Of a stretch of 64,000 nucleotides of DNA, positions 40,394-49,778 are shown one piece after another. Source of the DNA: Promethearchaeia archaeon (lineage in GTDB: Archaea; Asgardarchaeota; Lokiarchaeia; Sigyniarchaeales; SOKP01); NCBI GenBank assembly GCA_029856045.1, contig JAHQWG010000016.1:384001-448000 (forward strand), in the 5' to 3' direction. The translations under genes were made by a program, and so were the position numbers. Every line of letters begins with the position of its first letter. Position 1 is the stretch's first letter. A model generated the notes under the pieces. It saw nothing but the letters and a program-made list of their open reading frames with translations, was not told where the DNA came from and did not search any database.

Positions 40394-41284
40394 TCATTGT
40401 ATTATGAGTAACTTGACGCTCGTGCCCTCAATTAAAGCCATCGTCGCTTGATTAGGTGAAAATTGACCTCGATAATTATTTGAGGAAAAAATCGTTAATA
40501 ATCTACCATTAAAGAAGTATTGATAACCTTGAGGAGGAAATATTTCATGTGATCTAATTAAAGATTTAAAACCATAATGCTCCATAAATTCTTCAAATGC
40601 TTTATAACCATATTGTTTTATTCCCTCACCTCTGAAATTGTCTACAAAATAAGGAAATGCTTCAAGTTCTATAGGATCATTCCATATCATTTGAAAAACT
40701 TCATTAGAGATTTCAGGATCACTCATCAAATTTGGTTTTTTATCCAATTTTTTTAATTTATTGATAATTTCAATATCTTCAGGAATTCCCCCATGCACAC
40801 AAAATATTTTTTTATTAATTATGGCACAAATGGAGAGGGAGTTGTATAATTCTAAAAGATATTTAATACGTTCTGTATCACCAAATTTATTCATAAGAAC
40901 ATCCAAAAATCCATAATATCGGTTAACTTCAATAGTCTCATGGTTTCCCTTTAGCAAAAAATAACGTTCTGGCTCTGTAATTTTTAAACATAAAATAAAG
41001 CATAGGCATTCTAATTGATAAGGTCCTCGGTCAACAATATCTCCCAAAAAAAGAATCATTTCAGGTTTTATTTCATCTATTTTTTCTTTGATTTTAATTA
41101 AAGAGGGAAGGTTTCCATGGATATCTCCTATGATGAGAATTTTTTCTTGGGGAGATGATGCATTCAATTTTAATACATAAGGTTCCTTTTCAAATATAAT
41201 CTTGCTCTTTTCAATAATATCAATAAAGTCATTAAAGCTAATCTTTTTTGCAGAAAAAGGTGATTGAAGTATTTTTTTTATCAT
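40394..41284 (-). CDS. PPP-family Ser/Thr protein phosphatase (eukaryote-like)
   Basis: GDIHG, GDIVDRG, KGNHE, HGG, WNDP, IRSHE, TIFSSNNY. Confidence 0.93.
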   Translation of the reverse strand: MIKKILQSPFSAKKISFNDFIDIIEKSKIIFEKEPYVLKLNASSPQEKILIIGDIHGNLPSLIKIKEKIDEIKPEMILFLGDIVDRGPYQLECLCFILCLKITEPERYFLLKGNHETIEVNRYYGFLDVLMNKFGDTERIKYLLELYNSLSICAIINKKIFCVHGGIPEDIEIINKLKKLDKKPNLMSDPEISNEVFQMIWNDPIELEAFPYFVDNFRGEGIKQYGYKAFEEFMEHYGFKSLIRSHEIFPPQGYQYFFNGRLLTIFSSNNYRGQFSPNQATMALIEGTSVKLLIIQ

Positions 41285-41385
41285 TTTTAAAAATGACTCA
41301 AATTTAACGTGATTACATATTAATCTGATTTAAAAATAACGATTTATGGTTTTTATTTTATTTAAACAGTTGAATTTCTATTTTG

Positions 41386-42306
41386 CTATTCTTCTTCCTC
41401 AATCTCTCGTTTCATCCTTATTTTAAGTACTCTTAACGCAAAATTAATTACATCCCCAATATTGTTCCATTTTTTCTTTCCAACCTGCTCTTTCATCCAA
41501 TAGAACATATCTTGGTCTATAGGCGTAGTTAAATAAATAGGTTGCATTTCCCTTGTTTCTTCCGATTCGGCCTTGTTTAATAGCCAGGAAACAATATTTG
41601 AGATCAATTTAAAATTATCTTCAGCATTTATTCCATAAGAATCATGTAAGCTTGAAAACAAAGACATATTTGCTAAAGCTACAATCTTACCTGAACCATA
41701 ATGTCCTACTGCAATTACTGGTAATTCACTTACTGGTTCCTCAACCCAATCACTTCCATTGAAGTATTCATGCCATGAAGTATCTTTGGAAGAATAGGCA
41801 ATATAATCAACATCAATATTGTCTTTTTCAATTGATTTATCAATTGATAATGTGCAGCCATTAGAATGAATAATGCTTGAAATATCTCGTGTGATAAAAT
41901 GACTTTTAAAATCCCTTATTACTGGCCGGGAATTCTCAATAGAAAAATATCGCCCATCATATAAAGTATCATTATTAAATGTTATACCAAAATTTTTTGT
42001 TAGTTCTGATAAATTATTTTGATTCTCATAATCGCCACCTTGATCATTTAGAATTAATAAGCTTCCTCCATCATGAACATATTTAACTAAATCAGTAATT
42101 TCATCCGTTTCGATTAAAGATTCTGTAGGAACCCCAATAATAAAAACATCATATGTTGATAACTTTTCATAAGTTACACCAGCCTCGATTTTTCCAATCT
42201 TAAAATTTGAATCAAGTAAAAACTCCAAAAAGTCTGCAAATGCGGTCTCTTCAATTTTTAATTTATTATTATGAGATTCATCAAAACCTATATTGATATT
42301 TTTCAT
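41386..42306 (-). CDS. GIFT (IFT52/GldG/DUF4350-like) domain protein with probable C-terminal ribbon-helix-helix
   Basis: FDESH, YVHDGGSLLI, FGITFN, GSGKIVAL, DNFKLISNIVSWL; C-terminal strand-helix-helix. Confidence 0.65.
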   Translation of the reverse strand: MKNINIGFDESHNNKLKIEETAFADFLEFLLDSNFKIGKIEAGVTYEKLSTYDVFIIGVPTESLIETDEITDLVKYVHDGGSLLILNDQGGDYENQNNLSELTKNFGITFNNDTLYDGRYFSIENSRPVIRDFKSHFITRDISSIIHSNGCTLSIDKSIEKDNIDVDYIAYSSKDTSWHEYFNGSDWVEEPVSELPVIAVGHYGSGKIVALANMSLFSSLHDSYGINAEDNFKLISNIVSWLLNKAESEETREMQPIYLTTPIDQDMFYWMKEQVGKKKWNNIGDVINFALRVLKIRMKREIEEEE

Positions 42307-42392
42307 TTTTATTTGCCATTTCTTTATGACTTCAATATAAAAAACACTATTTTAAATTACCTTAAAAGATAATGTATGATGAAAATATTATT

Positions 42393-43631
42393 CTATTTAT
42401 TTTGACTTAAGATTGTAACGGAACATACAGTGTAGGCGCCACCCAAATTATGGGCTAGCCCAATCTCTGCGTCTGGAACCTGTCTTCCATCTGCTCTTCC
42501 TTGAATTTGTTTGGTTACTTCATAGAGCATACGGCAACCTGTAGAACCAATCGGATGACCAAAACTTTTAAGACCACCAGATGGATTAATCGCAGTTTCT
42601 CCATCCCAGTTAAACGTACCATTCTTCAATTCTTCAGCTGCTTGTCCTCTTTCACAAAATTGAAGATCTTGGCAATTTAATAATTCAGTAATTGTAAAAC
42701 AATCGTGGACTTCAGCGCAATCAATTTCTTTACGAGGATTTGTTATTCCTGCTTCTTTATATGCTAATTCAGCTGCTTTTCTGGTCGCTGGAAATGAAGT
42801 GAAATCGAAGTTCGGCCAATACCAAGGCATTCCTGTATAAACAGCTAATGCATTAGCTTTTACTAAAATATAATCATCTCCATGGGCATAACTCGGTGCA
42901 AGCTCTGGACTCGTTAATATCAATGCTGCTGAACCATCTGAAATAGCACAACAATCGTATCGACCCAAAGGATCTGCAATCATTGGAGCGTTTAAAACAG
43001 TTTCTAATGAAACTGGCCTTCTAAAATGGGCTTTAGGATGATGTGCTCCATTATCATGATTTTTTACTGCAACTCTCGCTAAATCTTCCTTGGTCCATCC
43101 ATAATCTTTAAAACTACGTGTAGCTGCCAGTGAAAATATCGCAGGGGCAGAAGGTCTTGGATAAATTGGATGACCAAATTTTCGAAATCCAGGTAAACCT
43201 CGGGAACCCTCATCCAATATTTTTTCAACACCGCATGCTAAAACTACATCATTAACACCTGAAGCGACAGCATTACATGCATTTCTAAATGCATCCATAC
43301 CTGAAGCACAATAATTTTCTACTCTTGTAATAGGTATTCCCCACAGTTTTAAAGCATCAGCAAAAGTTCCACCTGAAAGTCCAGTAAAATAATAATATAT
43401 TCCCATCCAAACTGCTTCAATCTCATCTCTTTTCACTCCAGCATCTGCCATTGCTTCATCGGTAGATTTAATCAATAAAGAAAATTGATTTTCATCCCAT
43501 AATTCTCCATATTTTGTTGCACCAACACCAATTATTGCAACTTTATCTCTAATACCTTTTATTACCATTTTTTTTTTCATTTTTTTAATAAAATTAAATA
43601 ATAAGACAAATTTTTTTGAAAGAATCACCAA
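42393..43631 (-). CDS. Thiolase (archaeal/SCP-x type)
   Basis: ENYCASG, EVHDCF, NPSGGLKSFGHPIG, AHNLGG; true start probably at MKKKMVIKG, downstream of 43631. Confidence 0.92.
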   Translation of the reverse strand: MVILSKKFVLLFNFIKKMKKKMVIKGIRDKVAIIGVGATKYGELWDENQFSLLIKSTDEAMADAGVKRDEIEAVWMGIYYYFTGLSGGTFADALKLWGIPITRVENYCASGMDAFRNACNAVASGVNDVVLACGVEKILDEGSRGLPGFRKFGHPIYPRPSAPAIFSLAATRSFKDYGWTKEDLARVAVKNHDNGAHHPKAHFRRPVSLETVLNAPMIADPLGRYDCCAISDGSAALILTSPELAPSYAHGDDYILVKANALAVYTGMPWYWPNFDFTSFPATRKAAELAYKEAGITNPRKEIDCAEVHDCFTITELLNCQDLQFCERGQAAEELKNGTFNWDGETAINPSGGLKSFGHPIGSTGCRMLYEVTKQIQGRADGRQVPDAEIGLAHNLGGAYTVCSVTILSQNK

Positions 43632-44017
43632 TCCTTGAGATGTTTTGTTAGAAATTTCAAAATGTAGGGTGTTACTTTTGTATTACACATTAACTTATCC
43701 AAATTACCTTGAAATTTAAATTTGCCCATCCTCATCGCAATAGTCGGGTCTATTTCTCCTTTAAATAATCTTCTCCAATTAGTCTCATTTGCCGAAATAT
43801 AACATTCAAAAGGTTTTTCGGATGGTCCACCAATGAACTCCACACTTCTAACTTTTCCGTGCCATAAATCATAATTTTTTTTTAATTTATTACCATCAGA
43901 TAAAAACTCTATTGTAATAGCTCCTTCCCAATCTTTTGCAGTTTTCCTATAACTTTCATTTTCTTTTAGATCTTCCATTATCTTTTTTGCAATTTCTTGG
44001 TTAGGAATTTCCACCAT
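43625..44017 (-). CDS. SCP2 sterol/lipid-binding domain protein
   Basis: GEIDPTIAMRMGKFKFQGNL; DLWHGK. Confidence 0.85.
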   Translation of the reverse strand: MVEIPNQEIAKKIMEDLKENESYRKTAKDWEGAITIEFLSDGNKLKKNYDLWHGKVRSVEFIGGPSEKPFECYISANETNWRRLFKGEIDPTIAMRMGKFKFQGNLDKLMCNTKVTPYILKFLTKHLKDW

Positions 44018-44121
44018 AACAGGTGCCGGTTTTATCTCATTTTGAACCTTTTTAATTTAATTATCTTATAGTTGAAATTATTAAAAAAGATTTATTTTAT
44101 AAAAAAATCAATTAATTTTAG

Positions 44122-46179
44122 ATGGAAAAAACAATATTTGAAAACTTCGATGAAATTCAAAAAAAAATCGAAGATTTTGAAAACCAACTTTCTAATAATA
44201 AAAAGAGTGGGAAACTTAAAGGAACTGTTTATACTCCAGAAATAATATGCAGATATATTTGTTTAAAAAGTATTCAATATCATATAAACACTATATTAAG
44301 ACAACAGGAAATCTCTAAATATCTCGATCTTATTAAAGAACCAAATTTTTCATCACTAAAATCATTATTAAAAGCTAATAATAATTTAACAAAAGTATTA
44401 AAAGATTTACTTAAATCAATAAGAATACTCGATCCCGCTTGTGGAACTGGCCGATTTTTAATATCAATGGCTAATATCCTCTTTCAACTATTTAAGATCT
44501 TAAATCCCGCTGAAGACCAATTTAACATAAAAAAATCAATTATTGAACGCAATTTATTTGGCGTAGATTTGGACACACAAGCCATTGAATTATGTCAATT
44601 ACGCCTAATAAACTGGGTTTATAATAGAAAAGCAACCCAAAAACATGATTTATTCAAAAATAATATAATTCTCGGCAATTTTTTGATTGAAGATAAAGTC
44701 GTTGATTTTAAAAAATTCGATATTATATTAGGAAATCCTCCATATATTGAAAATAAAAAAATGAAATCCTCCTTTAATAAGCAAATTCTAAAGCAAAAAT
44801 ATGAATCTGCTTATAAATTATATGATATTTCTATTTTATTTATAGAACAAGCATATCAATTATTGAAAAATAAAGGATATTGCTCTTTCATTATAACAAA
44901 TAAATTTCTTTCAGCTGATTATGGTCTAAAAATTAGAAATCTACTTATAAATCAAACAAAAATTCTTGAAATAGTAGATATTTCTTCATTAAAAATATTT
45001 AAAAATGCCTCAATCTATCCAATAATTATTTCTTTCCTAAAATCAAAAAATTTATTGAATTCTGAACATATAATCTCAATTAAAAATGCTCAAAAATTTG
45101 AAATCATCGAAGATTTTCTATTTAAAAGATTTCTTAGTAAAAAAATTATACAATCCAACATTAATCTAATTCCATCCTTAGTAATTCCGATTGTTGGTGA
45201 TTTTAATATTATAAATTACCTTATATCCAATTTTAAATCACTTGAAGAAATCTATATAAATTCAAAATTCATCTATAGACCATTCACTTTTACGAATTGG
45301 GCAAAATATCTGGACCTTATTGTGAATAAAAGACATAATGAAAAGGACCTTATATTGATCGGGACGAGCAATATTGGAAAATTCCATATTAAATTTAATA
45401 AAGAAATAAAAATTGCCAATAGACGTTTATTTATGTCATTTTTTCCTTATGATAAAACTTTTAATAGATTTTGGAGTGATCTTCAGAAACCTAAATTGAT
45501 TTTTAAAGAAATTGCGAAAGAAATGACAGTATTTTGCGATCTTGGTTATTTTATTAATATAACAGGGGCTTATATGCTTTTGGGAGAAGATCTCTCAGTA
45601 GAAAAGATATTTTCTCTCTCAGTTATTATGAACTCTAAATGTGTAGATTATATTTTTAAATCACTTTTCAGCTCCTTACATATGGCTTCTGGATACCTAC
45701 GCTTTAATGGAAGTTTTTTAAAGAGAATCCCCCTTCCTTCAAACATTCCCCAAATTTTCTCAAAACTAGGAAAATTACTTCACTTTCTACATCAATTAAA
45801 ATATGAAATTACTCAGGATCAACAATGCAACTGTATTCAAGAGGAATCTCTTAATAATATTGTTAAGTTCTTTAAGAAATTAATTGATTGTATGGTCTAT
45901 TATCTATATTTCTCCGAAATTATTCAGAAAGATAATATTTATTGCAATGAGATTTTAAAAATTATGAAAAATGGAAATATCTTTCCTGATATAATGGAAA
46001 TATTTCCTTATCGCAAAATAAAATCAAATAATTTTAGACAATTAATTACATTTAAATCGAAAAATATATTGGACCAGATTGTAAATCTTTATAATTTTTA
46101 CTCAAATTCAAATAAGCTTAATAATGAAATGACTCTAATCCTAAATCATAAGTGGATTAAACTAATTGAAAATGCATGA
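44122..46179 (+). CDS. Eco57I/TaqI-like N6-adenine DNA methyltransferase (gamma class) with TaqI-C-like domain
   Basis: VYTP, DPACGTGRF, GVDLD, GNPPY, then KLIFKEI...NS...YLRF. Confidence 0.88.
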   Translation: MEKTIFENFDEIQKKIEDFENQLSNNKKSGKLKGTVYTPEIICRYICLKSIQYHINTILRQQEISKYLDLIKEPNFSSLKSLLKANNNLTKVLKDLLKSIRILDPACGTGRFLISMANILFQLFKILNPAEDQFNIKKSIIERNLFGVDLDTQAIELCQLRLINWVYNRKATQKHDLFKNNIILGNFLIEDKVVDFKKFDIILGNPPYIENKKMKSSFNKQILKQKYESAYKLYDISILFIEQAYQLLKNKGYCSFIITNKFLSADYGLKIRNLLINQTKILEIVDISSLKIFKNASIYPIIISFLKSKNLLNSEHIISIKNAQKFEIIEDFLFKRFLSKKIIQSNINLIPSLVIPIVGDFNIINYLISNFKSLEEIYINSKFIYRPFTFTNWAKYLDLIVNKRHNEKDLILIGTSNIGKFHIKFNKEIKIANRRLFMSFFPYDKTFNRFWSDLQKPKLIFKEIAKEMTVFCDLGYFINITGAYMLLGEDLSVEKIFSLSVIMNSKCVDYIFKSLFSSLHMASGYLRFNGSFLKRIPLPSNIPQIFSKLGKLLHFLHQLKYEITQDQQCNCIQEESLNNIVKFFKKLIDCMVYYLYFSEIIQKDNIYCNEILKIMKNGNIFPDIMEIFPYRKIKSNNFRQLITFKSKNILDQIVNLYNFYSNSNKLNNEMTLILNHKWIKLIENA

Positions 46180-46214
46180 AGATTAAGTTAAAATTTGAAG
46201 AGATTCTTCTATTT

Positions 46215-47153
46215 TTAATAGTTTATAATTAAAACCTCTTTAATTTGCCCCCTACCCGAAGCATCTGAATTTATAGCTCTTTTTGCATGAACTGTTTTTA
46301 AATCATATTTTTTATACAAATCTAAAATAAATTCATTATACGAATTACTTAACATAACTTTACATCCACGATTATCTAACTCTTCATAAACTTTAAACAA
46401 TCTAACTTGATCTTCTTTATTAAAATTCTCTTTGGTATAACTAGTAAAATTAGCAGTGGCCGAAATTGGTTGATATGGAGGGTCAAAATAGATAAAATCA
46501 TCCTTTTCAGCTAATTCTAAACATTCCTTAAAATCTCCATTAATAATCTGAATATCTTTTAATACCGTATTTACTGCTAATAAATTTTCTTTGTCACAAA
46601 ATTTAGGATTTTCATATTTACCAAAAGGAACATTAAACTCTCCTTTACTATTGACTCTATATAACCCATTAAAACAAGATCTATTCAGATAAATCATACG
46701 AGATGCTCTTTCAACATCTGAGAGCTTTTTAAATTCCACAAGGTTTCTGTCAATACTTCGGATTTTATAAAAGTAATCTTTTTCGTTTTTATGTTTTTTT
46801 AAAGAATTAATTAATTCTCCAATTTTATTCTGAATTACTCTATAACAATTTATTAATTCTTCATTATTATCAATTAGGATTGCTTTATTAGGTAATAAGT
46901 AAAAAAACAATGCTCCTCCTCCAATAAATGGTTCTAAATATTTATTAAAATTTTTTGGAAGATATTTATTTATTTGTTCTAATAATTGTTTTTTTCCACC
47001 TGCCCATTTAATAAAAGGGTGTGGGACACCGACGATTTTCTTTACTTTTTTGTTTTTCCTTCTTATAAAATTTCGAAGTGAAACATCATTATCATTATCT
47101 TCCCCTAAATAATTAAAAATGTTTCTTTGAAATTTATTTGCTCTCAATGTCAC
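46215..47153 (-). CDS. Dam-family (D12 class) adenine methyltransferase
   Basis: PFIKWAGGK, EPFIGGG, FNGLYRVN, DPPY, LSNS. Confidence 0.93.
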   Translation of the reverse strand: MTLRANKFQRNIFNYLGEDNDNDVSLRNFIRRKNKKVKKIVGVPHPFIKWAGGKKQLLEQINKYLPKNFNKYLEPFIGGGALFFYLLPNKAILIDNNEELINCYRVIQNKIGELINSLKKHKNEKDYFYKIRSIDRNLVEFKKLSDVERASRMIYLNRSCFNGLYRVNSKGEFNVPFGKYENPKFCDKENLLAVNTVLKDIQIINGDFKECLELAEKDDFIYFDPPYQPISATANFTSYTKENFNKEDQVRLFKVYEELDNRGCKVMLSNSYNEFILDLYKKYDLKTVHAKRAINSDASGRGQIKEVLIINY

Positions 47154-47336
47154 TCTTATCTTTAAACTCTAATCGATAATAAAAACTATGTTTGTTCTCA
47201 TTATTAAATGAATCATCTTGAAAAATTTAAAGTGTTATTATAAAAATATGAAAATATAATTATGTAGAATTTTTAATTGTTTATTGAAAAGAAAAAAAAA
47301 TAAAAAAAAGATTTTTTAATTTTAAATTTCCAAAAT

Positions 47337-47795
47337 CTAATCGTATCTCTTTCTTGTGAATAAAAGCCAGAAGAACCCTACGCCACCTATTATTGTCGCA
47401 GCAATTGTTACCCAATTCGGCCAATATAAAATATCAAAAACACCAGGAACTGTAATCCAACGGATTATAGCAGAAACACCCATTAAGGCCATTATGCTAA
47501 GAACAACCAAAGCCGCGCCAAGAGCCCATTCTTCTTCTGAAAACATCCTTATACCTGCGATAAGGCACCAAAAACCAAGGACAGCCGATATTATCCCTTG
47601 ACCACCTAAAATGGCGAGAGCTGCTTCTGCATCAGGATTTGTTGCCCAATCACTTAACCAAGATGGAACATATATGCCGCCCCATGCCATGAACTCCAGA
47701 ACCGCTTTCAGTACAAAAATGATACCCAAAATGATCATTAATATATTTAGTAATTCATTTGAATCTTTTTCTTTTTCACTCATTTTAATTTCCAC
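47337..47795 (-). CDS. Hypothetical 4-TM membrane protein
   Basis: Four hydrophobic segments. Confidence 0.75.
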   Translation of the reverse strand: MEIKMSEKEKDSNELLNILMIILGIIFVLKAVLEFMAWGGIYVPSWLSDWATNPDAEAALAILGGQGIISAVLGFWCLIAGIRMFSEEEWALGAALVVLSIMALMGVSAIIRWITVPGVFDILYWPNWVTIAATIIGGVGFFWLLFTRKRYD

Positions 47796-47990
47796 TTTTA
47801 AATTTTTAATTAAAGAAATTTGTTTGAATACAAAAAAATGAACTTATGATTATAAAGTTATTTATTTTAAATCATAATATGAATTATATTAAATGGAGTA
47901 AATTCATACTTTAAAACATCTCATTTCCAAAAATGTAAATTTACTTGATTAAAAGGAAAGCCTTTATATAGTTAAATCAAACTTTTTAAT

Positions 47991-49268
47991 ATGGTTAGAG
48001 AAATACCAATTATTTTTGAAAGGTTTCCAAAATTAAAGGATAATATTCCTTGGATTGCTATTGGAAATTATCCGACTCCTGTTCAAAAAATGGAAAATTT
48101 AGGAAATAATTTAGGCCATAATTATTTATGGATTAAAAGAGACGATAAAAGTACAGATTTCTATGGAGGAAATAAAATCCGAAAATACGAATTTGTTTAT
48201 GGTAAAATTTTAAAAACAGGAAAAAAAATCGTTGCAACCGCGGGAGGAATAGGTACAAACCATGGATTAGCGGCTGTATTTGTTGGAAATCAATTTGGTT
48301 TAAAAACTCGATTATATTTATTTCCTCAACCATTAACGTGGCATGTTCAGCGATCATTATTATTATATCATCATCTTGGTGCAAAGATTATATTTGTAAA
48401 AGGTGTTTATAGATTAATACTTAGACTGCTTGGAGTAAGATTGTTTAAACGAAACTATTATCTAATGCTTATTGGAGCTTCACCTCTGTTGGGCATTGGT
48501 TCTTCCCTCGGAACATTAGGTTTTGTAAATGCAGTTTTTGAATTAAAAAAACAAATAGATGCTGGAGAGATACCTGTGCCAGATTATATCTTTGTACCAT
48601 GTGGTTCTACGGGGACTGCGGCAGGTTTAATTGCTGGATGTAAAATTGTTGGATTAAAAACAAAAATTAGACCAGTTAGAGTAGCTGATGCAATCGTAAT
48701 AAATACTAAAAATATTGCAAGAACTGCAAATAAGGTTATTAAACTTATGCGTAAATATGATAAATCTATTCCTGATATCGTAATAAATGAAAATGATTTT
48801 GATTTAGAGATAGGTTATTATGGCTCAAATTACGGTGTTAAAACTAAGCGTGGTCAGGCAGCTGTTGATAAAACTTACGAATTAGAAGGAAAACAGAAAG
48901 ATTTCAAAATTGAGACAACTTATACTGGAAAAACATTAGCAAAGATGATTGATTTTGCACAACAACCCGAAAACAAAGAAAAAGTTCTATTATTTTGGAA
49001 CACCTATAACTCAATCTCATTAGATGACCATTTGAAAAAGACAAATTTTGACTATACTCAACTTCCTAAAAAATTTCACAAATTTTATGAAACATCTTTT
49101 CAATGCTGGAGAATAAAAAACTGCTTAGAGCAAAAGAGGAAAAAATGTCCCGCTTACTTATGTGATGAATATCGATGTTGGAAAGTTAAAATATGCTCTG
49201 AACAAGAGAGAAAGAATTGCATAGCTTATAACCAATTAAAGGATATTATAAAGCTTGAAGATGTATAA
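47991..49268 (+). CDS. D-cysteine desulfhydrase/ACC deaminase-family PLP enzyme with C-terminal Cys-Trp repeats
   Basis: PTPVQ, KRDD, GGNKIRK, GSTGTAAG, YTGK; tail CWRIKNC...CPAY...CWKVKIC...CIAY. Confidence 0.88.
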   Translation: MVREIPIIFERFPKLKDNIPWIAIGNYPTPVQKMENLGNNLGHNYLWIKRDDKSTDFYGGNKIRKYEFVYGKILKTGKKIVATAGGIGTNHGLAAVFVGNQFGLKTRLYLFPQPLTWHVQRSLLLYHHLGAKIIFVKGVYRLILRLLGVRLFKRNYYLMLIGASPLLGIGSSLGTLGFVNAVFELKKQIDAGEIPVPDYIFVPCGSTGTAAGLIAGCKIVGLKTKIRPVRVADAIVINTKNIARTANKVIKLMRKYDKSIPDIVINENDFDLEIGYYGSNYGVKTKRGQAAVDKTYELEGKQKDFKIETTYTGKTLAKMIDFAQQPENKEKVLLFWNTYNSISLDDHLKKTNFDYTQLPKKFHKFYETSFQCWRIKNCLEQKRKKCPAYLCDEYRCWKVKICSEQERKNCIAYNQLKDIIKLEDV

Positions 49269-49359
49269 TTTTTCAGATTTCTATTTTATTTAAATTTAAA
49301 ATATGATTATAAAATCTAAAAATAAAATTTATTTCATAGTAAAAAATTAATGATATATT

Positions 49360-49659
49360 ATGGGTAAAAAAAAAAATGTAAAAGAAAAAGAAAAAATTGA
49401 TGACATTCCAGATCAAGATGAAATAAATTTAGAAGACTGGGACGATGATTTAGAAGAGCAAACCTATGAGGATCTGAGTAAAATTGAAGATGAGATGCTG
49501 GCAAATGAAACAGATAAAGAGATATCTGGGCGTTCAGCAAGTGAAATTGAAAAAATGTTGAAAGATACAATTTGCGTAAATTGTTCGGGAAGTAGTTCAA
49601 AGAGAAATTGTAAAATTAGAACTGACTATGGTTGTCCGCCGGATAAAGCCAACAAATAG
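49360..49659 (+). CDS. Small acidic protein with C-terminal four-Cys cluster
   Basis: D/E-rich middle; CVNC-x7-C-x7-CPP. Confidence 0.7.
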   Translation: MGKKKNVKEKEKIDDIPDQDEINLEDWDDDLEEQTYEDLSKIEDEMLANETDKEISGRSASEIEKMLKDTICVNCSGSSSKRNCKIRTDYGCPPDKANK

Positions 49660-49778
49660 AAATCTATAATGTTAATTTAAACCAACTTTAAAAAAATTAA
49701 AAAAAGATTCTTCAGAATTTATTTTTTTTTTATAGCTATTATTTATGTTTTTTTTAAGTTAAAATAATTTAAGGAACA

